Position numbers and translations under genes: made by a program
In this document: in pieces, positions 1 through 8,732 of the stretch
Numbering within the stretch: the first letter of the stretch is position 1
How the letters are laid out: each line of letters opens with the position of its first letter
Source of the DNA: Telmatocola sphagniphila
GTDB lineage: Bacteria; Planctomycetota; Planctomycetia; Gemmatales; Gemmataceae
Direction of reading: 5' to 3'
Length of the DNA stretch: 32,000 nt
Assembly: GCF_018398935.1 (NCBI RefSeq)
Contig: NZ_CP074694.1
Span: forward strand, 6,030,001 to 6,062,000
Notes under the pieces: generated by a model
What the model was told of the DNA's origin: nothing
Database searches by the model: none
The model's input: only the letters and a program-made list of their open reading frames with translations

Positions 1-1
1 G

Positions 2-469
2 GCGGCCCACGTCGATGCGGCCCAGAATCACATCAAGAACAACTACATGCGGAACCCGCCGGCGGCGGAGATCTTCAACGAAGAAGTTTCGAACCTGTTG
101 AAGACCAAGATTCGCACCACTCTTTCGAAGATCGATGAGTTGAGTATCTCGTTCGATTACGAAGGGGAAGTCACTTCGCGGGATGCCGACGAGATCCTCA
201 CCAAAATCTCCGAGTTGCATTCCCGTTCCTTGGCCGCCGCCGAACGCACTGTGAATCCGGCACGGGCCGAGGCATTGCGAGTGTTCGCGGCCAATCTGCA
301 AAAGGTCTTTTACGGTTTCGAACCCGATTTTTTCCAGCAGAATCTGCTGCGTATCGTGGACGACGTGGTCTCGGGGATAAAAGGATCGATTGAACTTTGG
401 CCCACTCTGGTGGAAATCTGTTACTTTCAAAAGGGCCGCAAAGGATTAGCCCAAAAAAGAATCAACTGA
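2..469 (+). CDS. 3' portion of a hypothetical protein gene, open to the left window edge
   Basis: The frame of ORF 47..469 has no stop back to nt 2, so the gene probably starts upstream of the window. Stop TGA at 467-469. No motif I recognise. Confidence 0.5.
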   Translation, partial: AAHVDAAQNHIKNNYMRNPPAAEIFNEEVSNLLKTKIRTTLSKIDELSISFDYEGEVTSRDADEILTKISELHSRSLAAAERTVNPARAEALRVFAANLQKVFYGFEPDFFQQNLLRIVDDVVSGIKGSIELWPTLVEICYFQKGRKGLAQKRIN

Positions 470-507
470 GGATTTCATTTCCCGGAGAGACCGATCCATC
501 TTGATAC

Positions 508-568
508 TTTCTTAACACTTCCCGGTGGTCTCTTAACCTCTCTTTGACATCGATCGGGCTAATATACT
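508..568 (+). promoter_or_regulatory. Candidate kdp promoter region with a direct repeat (possible KdpE box)
   Basis: TCTTAAC occurs twice (510-516 and 531-537, 21 bp apart), just upstream of TTGACA (544-549) and TATACT (563-568). The TTGACA-to-TATACT spacing is only 13 bp, so the true -35 may be the poor hexamer near 540-545, as expected for an activator-dependent promoter. OmpR-family regulators such as KdpE bind direct repeats. Confidence 0.3.
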
Positions 569-571
569 CGA

Positions 572-595
572 GTCGAAATCTCTTTCGATTTCGAC
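572..595 (+). promoter_or_regulatory. Perfect 9-bp inverted repeat (hairpin or operator) in the kdp leader
   Basis: gtcgaaatc (572-580), loop tctttc, gatttcgac (587-595). It lies 12 nt upstream of the first small ORF and just before its GGGAG Shine-Dalgarno. Confidence 0.3.
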
Positions 596-607
596 GGGAG
601 TTTAGCC

Positions 608-706
608 ATGAACGACTACGTCTATCTCGGCTTCATTTTGATTTTTTCGCTTCTGACCTGGGGCTTTTTGACCCTGTGCGAAGCGCTGATGAAGGAGAAG
701 CGATGA
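608..706 (+). CDS. Unannotated 32-aa hydrophobic peptide ORF, translationally coupled to kdpF
   Basis: My translation is MNDYVYLGFILIFSLLTWGFLTLCEALMKEKR: one TM-like helix with a basic C-terminal tail. GGGAG lies 7 nt upstream of the ATG. Stop TGA (704-706) overlaps the kdpF ATG (703-705) as ATGA. It is too short for the ORF track. Confidence 0.45.
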   Translation: MNDYVYLGFILIFSLLTWGFLTLCEALMKEKR

Positions 707-795
707 ATGAGATTGAAGTCATAGGACTCGCAATTTCCCTACTGTTGCTGGTTTACCTGGGAATCGCCTTACTGAAGCCGGAGTGGTTTTCATGA
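703..795 (+). CDS. kdpF: K+-transporting ATPase subunit F
   Basis: 30-aa peptide MNEIEVIGLAISLLLLVYLGIALLKPEWFS, which resembles E. coli KdpF (LLLxYL..AL..PE.F). AAGGAG lies 5 nt upstream. Its stop overlaps the kdpA ATG (ATGA at 792-795). Confidence 0.85.
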   Translation: MNEIEVIGLAISLLLLVYLGIALLKPEWFS

Positions 796-2591
796 GCTCT
801 AATGCCTGGATACAAATCGCCCTTTATATAGCAGTACTCGTTGGATTCGCGCGCCCGCTGGGCTGGTTGATGGCTCGCATCTATCAGGGCAAGCCGCTTC
901 TGCTGGATCGAATCTTCTACAAGCTGGCCGGTGTCGATCCCAACAAGGAGATGGGCTGGCGTCAGTACGCCGGAGCGGTACTGGTGTTCAACCTCCTGGG
1001 GGTAATCACCGTCTATACCTTGATGCGCTGGCAGGCCGAGTTGCCTTTGAATCCTCAGAAATTCGATGCCGCCAGTCCCGATCTGGCCTTCAACACGGCC
1101 ATCAGTTTCGCCACCAATACGAACTGGCAGAGTTACGGCGGCGAGAACACCATCAGTTATCTGGTGCAGATGCTGGCGCTGGCTGTGCAGAACTTTCTTT
1201 CCGCGGCCACCGGCATGGCGGTGTTGATTGCGTTAATTCGCGGTCTGGCGCGTCATTCCAGCGAAACCATCGGCAATTTCTGGGTCGATGTGACCAAGAG
1301 CACGCTTTATATCCTGCTGCCCTTGAGCGCGATACTGGCCCTGGTGCTGGTCAGCCAGGGAGTGATTCAGAACTTCAAGACCTACGATACGGCCACTGTC
1401 CTCCAGCCGTTTACCACTTCGGAAGATCAGAAGGATGCGGATGGTAAGCCCGTGCTGGGAGCCGACGGCAAACCGCTGCAGGTGGAGAAAAAAGTCACCG
1501 AACAAACCTTACCCATGGGACCGGCCGCCTCGCAGATTGCCATCAAGCAACTGGGCACCAACGGCGGCGGCTTCTTTAACACCAACAGTGCTCACCCCTA
1601 TGAGAACCCCACGCCCCTTTCGAATTTCCTGCAGGTTCTTTCGATACTGCTGATCCCGGGAGCGCTGTGCTACACCTACGGCCTGCTGGTGAATGACCGG
1701 CGGCAGGGTTGGGCCATTCTCGCCGCGATGCTCATCATCTTCATTCCTTGTGTGATCGGAACCACTCTGGCCGAGCAATCGGGCGTGCCGAAATACGCCG
1801 AGCTGGGGGCCGACGGGCATGCGGGAAACATGGAAGGTAAAGAAACCCGCTTTGGCATTACCAACTCCGCGCTCTGGGCGGTGGCCACCACGGCCGCTTC
1901 CAATGGCTCGGTCAACTCCATGCATGATAGCTATACCCCACTGGGCGGTTTGATCCCCCTATGGTTGATGCAACTGGGCGAAGTCGTCTTTGGCGGCGTC
2001 GGAAGCGGTCTCTACGGCATGATCATTTTCGCGGTCCTTGCGGTGTTCGTGGCCGGGCTGATGGTGGGTAGGACACCCGAATATCTCGGAAAAAAAATCG
2101 AAGCCTTCGAAATGAAAATGGCATCGCTGGTGATTTTGATTCCTCCCGCATTAGTTCTGATCGGCACGGCCGCGGCGGTGAACGGAGGGGATAAATATGG
2201 CCTGAAGTATACCGATCCGGTCACCAAAGAGGTGAAGGATAGTCTTTCGAATACCGGGGCGCACGGTTTTTCGGAAGTGCTCTACGCCTTCTCTTCGGCT
2301 GCCAACAATAACGGCTCGGCCTTCGCGGGTTTGAACGCCAACGAACCGTTTTACAACACGGTTCTGGCGGTCGGCATGCTGATCTCGCGCTTCTGGTTGA
2401 TCATTCCGGTTCTGGCCATTGCCGGCTCCTTGGCGCGCAAGAAATACACTCCGCCTGGCCCCGGTTCGCTACCGACGCACACTCCCTTGTTTGTGGTGAT
2501 GCTGGTGGGGGTCGTTCTCCTGGTGGGAGCACTCACGTTCGTCCCGGCTCTGGCTTTGGGTCCCATTGTGGAGCATCTGCAAATGAAGTGA
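792..2591 (+). CDS. kdpA: K+-transporting ATPase subunit A (potassium-binding channel-like subunit)
   Basis: About 599-aa polytopic membrane protein with a KdpA-like N-terminus (IALYIAVLVGFARPLGWLMARIY) and operon position between kdpF and kdpB. I prefer the ATG at 792 (ATGA overlap with kdpF) over the track's GTG at 783. Confidence 0.96.
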   Translation: MSSNAWIQIALYIAVLVGFARPLGWLMARIYQGKPLLLDRIFYKLAGVDPNKEMGWRQYAGAVLVFNLLGVITVYTLMRWQAELPLNPQKFDAASPDLAFNTAISFATNTNWQSYGGENTISYLVQMLALAVQNFLSAATGMAVLIALIRGLARHSSETIGNFWVDVTKSTLYILLPLSAILALVLVSQGVIQNFKTYDTATVLQPFTTSEDQKDADGKPVLGADGKPLQVEKKVTEQTLPMGPAASQIAIKQLGTNGGGFFNTNSAHPYENPTPLSNFLQVLSILLIPGALCYTYGLLVNDRRQGWAILAAMLIIFIPCVIGTTLAEQSGVPKYAELGADGHAGNMEGKETRFGITNSALWAVATTAASNGSVNSMHDSYTPLGGLIPLWLMQLGEVVFGGVGSGLYGMIIFAVLAVFVAGLMVGRTPEYLGKKIEAFEMKMASLVILIPPALVLIGTAAAVNGGDKYGLKYTDPVTKEVKDSLSNTGAHGFSEVLYAFSSAANNNGSAFAGLNANEPFYNTVLAVGMLISRFWLIIPVLAIAGSLARKKYTPPGPGSLPTHTPLFVVMLVGVVLLVGALTFVPALALGPIVEHLQMK

Positions 2592-2652
2592 TTCCTGAGT
2601 TCGAATTTAAAACTTGGACTTATTCACTCATTTGATTCGATAGGAACTTTCC

Positions 2653-4719
2653 ATGTCCACTAAACCGAAATCTCTGTTCGATGCGGCGATCGTCCGACGG
2701 GCGATAGTCGACTCGTTTTTGAAGCTCGATCCGCGGCGGCAGATTCGCAATCCCGTAATGTTCACGGTGTTTATCGGCAGTCTGCTCACGACCTTTCTGG
2801 GCATCCGAGCCTTGACCGGAACCAGTGAAGAGTCTTCGCTCTTTATCTTTGCTATCTCGGCCTGGCTGTGGTTCACGGTGCTGTTTGCCAATTTTGCCGA
2901 AGCCATGGCGGAGGGTCGGGGGAAAGCTCAGGCCGATACCCTTCGGCAAGCTCGTCGGGATGTTCAAGCGAAACTGCTACCCGATGCTTCCCGAAGTTCA
3001 CCGTTCGAAATCATCCCCGCCGCGAAACTTCGCAAGGGGAATGTGGTGTTAGTTGAAGCGATGGATACGGTTCCGGCGGATGGCGAAGTGATTGAGGGGG
3101 TCGCCTCGGTCGACGAAGCGGCCATCACGGGCGAAAGCGCCCCGGTAATTCGCGAAAGCGGTGGCGACCGATCTTCGGTGACCGGCGGTACGCGCGTGCT
3201 TTCTGACTGGCTGGTCGTGCAGGTAACCGCCAACCCCGGCGAAACCTTCCTGGATCGTATGATCTCCCTGGTGGAAGGCGCCAAGCGGCAGAAAACTCCG
3301 AATGAAATTGCTCTGGATATCCTTTTGGCCGCGATGACGATTCTGTTTCTGATTGCCTGCGTCACGCTATTGCCGTTTTCCGAATACAGCGTGAAAGCCG
3401 CGGGGCAGGGGACGCGCGTTTCAGTGACTGTGCTGGTGGCGCTGTTAGTCTGTCTGATTCCCACGACCATCGGCGGTTTGCTGTCGGCCATCGGTATCGC
3501 CGGGATGGATCGCATGATCCAGGCGAATGTCATCGCTACTTCGGGGCGAGCCGTCGAGGCCGCCGGGGATGTGGATGTACTCCTGTTGGACAAGACCGGG
3601 ACTATCACCTTGGGTAACCGCCAAGCCGTCGAGTTCATTCCGGGGCCGGGCATAAGCGTGGAGAAACTGGCGGATGCCGCGCAGTTGGCCTCGCTCGCCG
3701 ATGAGACACCCGAAGGGCGAAGCATTGTAGTTCTCGCTAAGGAAAAGTACGGTTTGCGCGGCCGGTCTCTGCAGGAGATCAAAGCGAACTTCATCCCTTT
3801 CACTGCTCAAACTCGTATCAGCGGCGTTGATGTGGAAAACCGGCAAATACGCAAAGGGGCGGCCGAATCGATCAAAACTTTCGTCCGCAACTTGGGTGGC
3901 GATTTTTCACAGGAAGTCACCCGGAGTGTCGAGGAGATTGCCAAGAAGGGCGGTACCCCGCTGGTTGTCGCGGATGGTCGGCAGACGCTGGGCGTGATTT
4001 ATCTCAAAGACATCGTCAAAGGCGGCATCAAGGAGCGCTTCATCGAACTGCGTCGCATGGGCATCAAAACGGTGATGATCACCGGCGACAATCCCATGAC
4101 GGCCGCCGCCATCGCGGCCGAAGCGGGTGTGGATGACTTTCTGGCCCAGGCGACTCCCGAAGCTAAGTTGAAAATGATTCGGGAGTATCAGGCGGGTGGC
4201 CGATTGGTGGCCATGACCGGCGACGGAACAAACGATAGCCCCGCCTTGGCGCAAGCCGATGTGGCCGTGGCCATGAATAGTGGGACTCAGGCGGCCAAGG
4301 AAGCCGGGAACATGGTCGATCTGGATAGCAATCCGACCAAGCTGATTGAAATCGTCGAAATCGGTAAGCAACTCCTGATGACCCGGGGCGCGCTGACCAC
4401 GTTCAGTCTGGCCAATGATGTCTCGAAATACTTCGCCATCATCCCGGCCATCTTCGCCAGCACTTATCCGATTATGGATCGGCTGAACATCATGCATCTG
4501 GCCACACCGACCAGTGCGATACTTTCAGCCGTGATTTTCAATGCGATCATCATCATTCTTCTCATCCCCCTGGCGATGAAGGGGGTAAAGTACCGAGCAG
4601 TGGGCGCGGCGAAACTGCTTCGCGATAACCTGCTGATCTACGGTCTGGGTGGTTTGATCGTTCCCTTTATCGGCATCAAGCTGATCGATTTAATTCTGGT
4701 CGCCCTGCATTTGACCTAA
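2653..4719 (+). CDS. kdpB: K+-transporting P-type ATPase catalytic subunit B
   Basis: P-type ATPase motifs are present: ITGESAPV, the phosphorylation site DKTGTIT, MITGDN and [16 protein letters not shown]. Length is 688 aa. Confidence 0.98.
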   Translation: MSTKPKSLFDAAIVRRAIVDSFLKLDPRRQIRNPVMFTVFIGSLLTTFLGIRALTGTSEESSLFIFAISAWLWFTVLFANFAEAMAEGRGKAQADTLRQARRDVQAKLLPDASRSSPFEIIPAAKLRKGNVVLVEAMDTVPADGEVIEGVASVDEAAITGESAPVIRESGGDRSSVTGGTRVLSDWLVVQVTANPGETFLDRMISLVEGAKRQKTPNEIALDILLAAMTILFLIACVTLLPFSEYSVKAAGQGTRVSVTVLVALLVCLIPTTIGGLLSAIGIAGMDRMIQANVIATSGRAVEAAGDVDVLLLDKTGTITLGNRQAVEFIPGPGISVEKLADAAQLASLADETPEGRSIVVLAKEKYGLRGRSLQEIKANFIPFTAQTRISGVDVENRQIRKGAAESIKTFVRNLGGDFSQEVTRSVEEIAKKGGTPLVVADGRQTLGVIYLKDIVKGGIKERFIELRRMGIKTVMITGDNPMTAAAIAAEAGVDDFLAQATPEAKLKMIREYQAGGRLVAMTGDGTNDSPALAQADVAVAMNSGTQAAKEAGNMVDLDSNPTKLIEIVEIGKQLLMTRGALTTFSLANDVSKYFAIIPAIFASTYPIMDRLNIMHLATPTSAILSAVIFNAIIIILLIPLAMKGVKYRAVGAAKLLRDNLLIYGLGGLIVPFIGIKLIDLILVALHLT

Positions 4720-4744
4720 TTGCCCAACTTCGACGGAGTTTGTC

Positions 4745-5314
4745 ATGAAACTGATTCGTCCCGCTGTGGTATTATTTCTGCTTCTGACCATCGTCACCGG
4801 GGTCATTTATCCCCTGATAATTACTGTGGCCGCTCAGGCGATATTTCCCAATCAGGCTAACGGTAGCCTCCTGGAAAAAGAGGGGAAAATAATCGGTTCC
4901 CACCTGATCGGGCAGCAATTCGACGATCCCAAATATTTCTGGGGCCGGCCCTCCGCCACCACCCCGGCCTATAACGGAGCCTCGTCGTCCGGCAGCAACC
5001 TCGGGCCAACGAATCCCGATTTGTTCAAAGCCGTGAGCGAGAGAATCGATAATTTGAAGAAAGCCCATCCCGAGCAGGTTGGGGCTGTCCCAATGGATCT
5101 GGTCACGGCTTCCGCCAGTGGGCTGGACCCGCACATAAGCCCGGTGGCCGCGGAGTATCAGATTGAGAGAATCGCGCGGGAAAGATCGCTCCCAGTCCAG
5201 GAGATCGAAAAACTGGTTCGGGAATCAATCGAAGATCGCACGTTCGGTCTATTGGGTGAACCGCGAGTGAATGTGCTGAAATTGAATCTAAAACTCGACG
5301 AGTTAAAGAAGTAA
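4745..5314 (+). CDS. kdpC: K+-transporting ATPase subunit C
   Basis: 189 aa with one N-terminal TM helix and KdpC-like strings [10 protein letters not shown] and [14 protein letters not shown] lies upstream of the ATG. Position follows kdpB. Confidence 0.95.
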   Translation: MKLIRPAVVLFLLLTIVTGVIYPLIITVAAQAIFPNQANGSLLEKEGKIIGSHLIGQQFDDPKYFWGRPSATTPAYNGASSSGSNLGPTNPDLFKAVSERIDNLKKAHPEQVGAVPMDLVTASASGLDPHISPVAAEYQIERIARERSLPVQEIEKLVRESIEDRTFGLLGEPRVNVLKLNLKLDELKK

Positions 5315-5323
5315 AATTCTTTC

Positions 5324-8035
5324 ATGCCAAATCAGGAACGGCCAAACCCGGATCAACTTCTGGCTCGCGTCCAGGCGGAAGAAGCCCCTCGCACGCGCGG
5401 CCGGTTGAAGATCTTTTTCGGTTATGCGGCCGGGGTGGGCAAAACCTACGGCATGCTGGAAGCGGCTCGACGCGATAAAGCCGATGGGATCGATGTTGTC
5501 ATCGGTTATATCGAACCGCATGGCCGGGCGGAAACCGAGGCCCTGACGGAAGGCTTCGACAAAATTCCCACTCGTGCGGTGCCGTATCGCGGCGTCGTCC
5601 TTCAAGAATTCGATCTCGATGCCGCTCTGCAAAGACATCCGCAGTTAATTCTGGTCGATGAACTGGCCCATTCCAATGCGGAAGGATCCCGCCATCTGAA
5701 GCGCTGGCAGGATGTGGAAGAACTGCTGGAAGTCGGCATCGATGTTTACTCGACGCTGAACGTTCAGCATGTGGAATCTCTAAACGATGTGATAGCTCAG
5801 ATCACCGGAGTGATCGTTCGGGAAACTCTACCCGATGCAGTTCTGGAAAAAGCGGATGAGCTCGAACTGGTCGATCTGACGCCGCACGAGTTGGTGGAAC
5901 GTCTCAACGCGGGAAAAGTCTATCGGAAGGCCCAGGCCGATCGGGCCATCGCCAATTTCTTCCAAAAATCGAATCTGACGGCACTGCGCGAAATGTCGCT
6001 GCGTCTGGCCGCCGACCGGCTGCACAAGGAGGTAGACGAAGCCCGCAAGAGCAGCACAGCCGTGAAGCCCTGGGCCACACGGGAGCGATTTCTGGTCTGC
6101 GTCAGCCCCAGTCCGACGACAGCGAGGTTGATCCGGACCACCAAACGGATGGCCGAAGCGCAAGGCGCGGAGTGGATTGCCGCGGCGGTGCAGACCGGGG
6201 AGACGACAAACTCGGCCACCCAGCAGCGCGTCAACCGGCATCTGCAACTTGCGACGCAATTGGGGGCGGAAACGCAGAATCTGATTGGCGAAAAGGTGGC
6301 CGCGACGATCCTGGATTATGCCCGGTCGCGAAATGTCACGCGCATCATCGTCGGTAAGACGGCTCAGCCGCGCTGGCGCCGCCTTTTTCACAAGAACATC
6401 GTCGAAGATTTGCTGGAACAAAGCGGCGAGATCGACATTCACGTCATTCGCGGAGAGGCCGAGTCCAACGCCGTTCCGATTCGACCGGCCGTCTCGACTC
6501 CTTCGATTCGTTGGATCGATTATTTCCTGACCGCCGTCATCGTTTTCGTCTGCTATGGCGCTTGCAAGGTCTGCGCCCACTGGGAGGTGGCCGAGACGAA
6601 TTTGGCCATGATTTTTTTGCTCGGAGTCGTTTTCGCGGCCACCCGTTTCGGTCGCGGCCCGGCCAGCTTCGCTTCCGTGGCGGCCGTGCTCGTTTTCGAT
6701 TACTTCTTTGTACCGCCGCTTTACAGTTTCACCGTTTCGGATGCGCAGTATTTGCTGACTTTCGTCGTGATGTTGGGGATCGGTCTTCTGATCAGCACTC
6801 TCACTACGAGAATGCAAGGGCGGTTAAGTGCTTCGCAAATTCAAGAACGGCAGACGGCAGCGCTTTACCGTCTGACTCGGCAGCTCAGCGAAGTGATGGG
6901 GGCGGAGTTTCTGGTGCAGACGGCCGGTCGACAATTAGTCGACATCTTCGGCGGTGAGATCGCTCTTTATGTCCGCGATGAAAAAGAGAAACTTCAAATT
7001 CGATATGGGGCTGCTTCCTCGATTGGTCGCAATGCCATTAACGGGGTAGTCGCCGATTGGGTTTCCTCTCATAATCGCATCGCTGGGTTGGGAACCGATA
7101 CGCTTCCCAACGGTACGGCTCTCTTTGTGCCGTTGATAGGCTCGCAAAAAACCGTGGGTGTGTTAGGAGTTCGGCTGGAACCGGTGGATAATCTCCAGCG
7201 TCCGGAATTGCGACGATTGATCGAGACCTGTGCCAGTATGATCGCTCTGTCTCTCGAGCGGGATCAATCTTTGTTGGAAGCTCAGGAAACGGAAGTTCGG
7301 ATCCAGGCCGAGCAACTGCGCAATTCGCTGTTGAGTTCGGTCTCGCACGATCTGCGGACGCCGCTGGCGGCCATCGCCGGATCGGGTTCCGGTTTACTCA
7401 ATGGTACACCGCCTCCCGATTCGGAGGAAGGTCGGGAATTGTTGCGGAACATGGTCGATGAATCGATGCGACTATCCCGACTGGTGGAAAATCTCCTCGA
7501 TATGACCCGCCTGGAAGCCGGGGCCCTGAAGCCGAATCGGCAGTGGCACGTTCTGGAAGAACTGGTCGGATCGGTTCGCTTGCGCTTGCAAAAAGAACTG
7601 GGGGATCGCCCTTTCACCGTGACAATAGAGCCGAATTTTCCGCTACTGTACATCGACGGCATTCTGTTGGAGCAGGTGTTTTTGAATCTGTTGGAGAACG
7701 CCGTTCGCTACTCGCCTGCCAGGTCGCCGATCGAGATCGAAGCTCATGCCGATGGCCGAGAGGCGACCATTCGCATCCTGGATGAAGGGCCGGGTCTGCC
7801 GGTGGGCCAGGAAGAAAAGATTTTTGAGAAGTTCTTCCGGGGACAGGTGATTTCGCCCGATGGTCGCCGTGGCGTGGGGTTAGGGCTTGCGATCTGCCGC
7901 GGCATCATCGATGCGCACGGCGGGAAGATTCATGCTCAGAGCCGACCGAGCGGCGGAGCGGAAATCACCATCACTCTACCGCTGGAGGAAAATCCCCCTT
8001 CAATCTCCACGACAACTTCCGGGGCCAGTGGTTGA
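5324..8035 (+). CDS. kdpD: Sensor histidine kinase KdpD (full-length)
   Basis: N-terminal KdpD domain with Walker A GYAAGVGKT, then central hydrophobic helices. H-box SHDLRTPL and ATPase boxes NLLENAVRYS, DEGPGLP and GVGLGLAI are present. Length is 903 aa. Confidence 0.95.
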   Translation: MPNQERPNPDQLLARVQAEEAPRTRGRLKIFFGYAAGVGKTYGMLEAARRDKADGIDVVIGYIEPHGRAETEALTEGFDKIPTRAVPYRGVVLQEFDLDAALQRHPQLILVDELAHSNAEGSRHLKRWQDVEELLEVGIDVYSTLNVQHVESLNDVIAQITGVIVRETLPDAVLEKADELELVDLTPHELVERLNAGKVYRKAQADRAIANFFQKSNLTALREMSLRLAADRLHKEVDEARKSSTAVKPWATRERFLVCVSPSPTTARLIRTTKRMAEAQGAEWIAAAVQTGETTNSATQQRVNRHLQLATQLGAETQNLIGEKVAATILDYARSRNVTRIIVGKTAQPRWRRLFHKNIVEDLLEQSGEIDIHVIRGEAESNAVPIRPAVSTPSIRWIDYFLTAVIVFVCYGACKVCAHWEVAETNLAMIFLLGVVFAATRFGRGPASFASVAAVLVFDYFFVPPLYSFTVSDAQYLLTFVVMLGIGLLISTLTTRMQGRLSASQIQERQTAALYRLTRQLSEVMGAEFLVQTAGRQLVDIFGGEIALYVRDEKEKLQIRYGAASSIGRNAINGVVADWVSSHNRIAGLGTDTLPNGTALFVPLIGSQKTVGVLGVRLEPVDNLQRPELRRLIETCASMIALSLERDQSLLEAQETEVRIQAEQLRNSLLSSVSHDLRTPLAAIAGSGSGLLNGTPPPDSEEGRELLRNMVDESMRLSRLVENLLDMTRLEAGALKPNRQWHVLEELVGSVRLRLQKELGDRPFTVTIEPNFPLLYIDGILLEQVFLNLLENAVRYSPARSPIEIEAHADGREATIRILDEGPGLPVGQEEKIFEKFFRGQVISPDGRRGVGLGLAICRGIIDAHGGKIHAQSRPSGGAEITITLPLEENPPSISTTTSGASG

Positions 8036-8036
8036 T

Positions 8037-8732
8037 ATGGGAACCGAACCCAAAATTCTGATCATCGAAGATGAACTGCCGATCCGCCGCTTTTTGCGTA
8101 GTGCTCTGGTGGCTGAGGGCTATCATTTGATCGAAGCCGAGAATGGCCAGCAGGCGATCCGGTTTGCTTCGCAGCAATCGCCCGATCTGGTGATTCTGGA
8201 TCTCGGCTTACCCGATATGGATGGCCAGGATGTGCTGAGGCAGCTGCGCGAATGGCTGACCGTACCGGTAATCGTGCTGTCGGCGCGCGATCAGGAGCAG
8301 CAGAAGATTCTCGCTCTGGATAACGGGGCGGATGATTTTCTCACCAAGCCGTTCAGTACGGGTGAACTTCTGGCACGCTTGCGGGTGGCCCTGCGCCGGC
8401 ACTCGAAAGTGGTGGCCGAAAAAGAATCCTCGATATTCGAAGCGGGGGATTTGAAAATCGATCTTTCCGCCCGGCGGGTATTCGTACGACAAACAGAAAT
8501 CCATCTGACCCCGATCGAATACAAGCTGCTGACAACGCTAGCCAAGCATCCGGGTAAGGTGCTGACTCATCGCGTTTTACTGAAAGAAGTCTGGGGGCCG
8601 CATCAGGTGCAGGAGAACCACTATCTGCGGGTGTTCATGGCCGGGCTGCGGAAGAAAATCGAAGACGACTCTGCCAATCCCAAATATCTCCTCACCGAGC
8701 AGGGAGTCGGCTATCGACTCGCGGTGGACTAA
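8037..8732 (+). CDS. kdpE: OmpR-family response regulator KdpE
   Basis: The ATG at 8037 is 1 nt after the kdpD stop. Receiver domain strings: KILIIEDE, DLVILDLGLPDMDG, LTKPF. Winged-helix output domain strings: LTPIEYKLL and GVGYRL. The track start at 7887 lies inside kdpD and was rejected. Confidence 0.93.
   Translation: MGTEPKILIIEDELPIRRFLRSALVAEGYHLIEAENGQQAIRFASQQSPDLVILDLGLPDMDGQDVLRQLREWLTVPVIVLSARDQEQQKILALDNGADDFLTKPFSTGELLARLRVALRRHSKVVAEKESSIFEAGDLKIDLSARRVFVRQTEIHLTPIEYKLLTTLAKHPGKVLTHRVLLKEVWGPHQVQENHYLRVFMAGLRKKIEDDSANPKYLLTEQGVGYRLAVD

Noticed and set aside
470-607. Riboswitch (for example c-di-AMP / ydaO-type) in the kdp leader
   Set aside because: The likely leader is only a few tens of nucleotides and I cannot recognise the conserved cores of that class. 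Only a simple 9-bp hairpin is present. An Infernal scan would be decisive.
544-702. Upstream extension of the kdpF frame (83-aa ORF 544..795) and the GTG 783 start for kdpA
   Set aside because: KdpF proteins are about 25-30 aa. The internal ATG at 703 has a strong AAGGAG. The kdpA ATG at 792 gives a canonical N-terminus and an ATGA coupling.
7887-8036. 50-codon N-terminal extension of kdpE given in the ORF track
   Set aside because: The extension lies inside the kdpD coding region. The receiver domain begins right after the ATG at 8037, which sits 1 nt after the kdpD stop.
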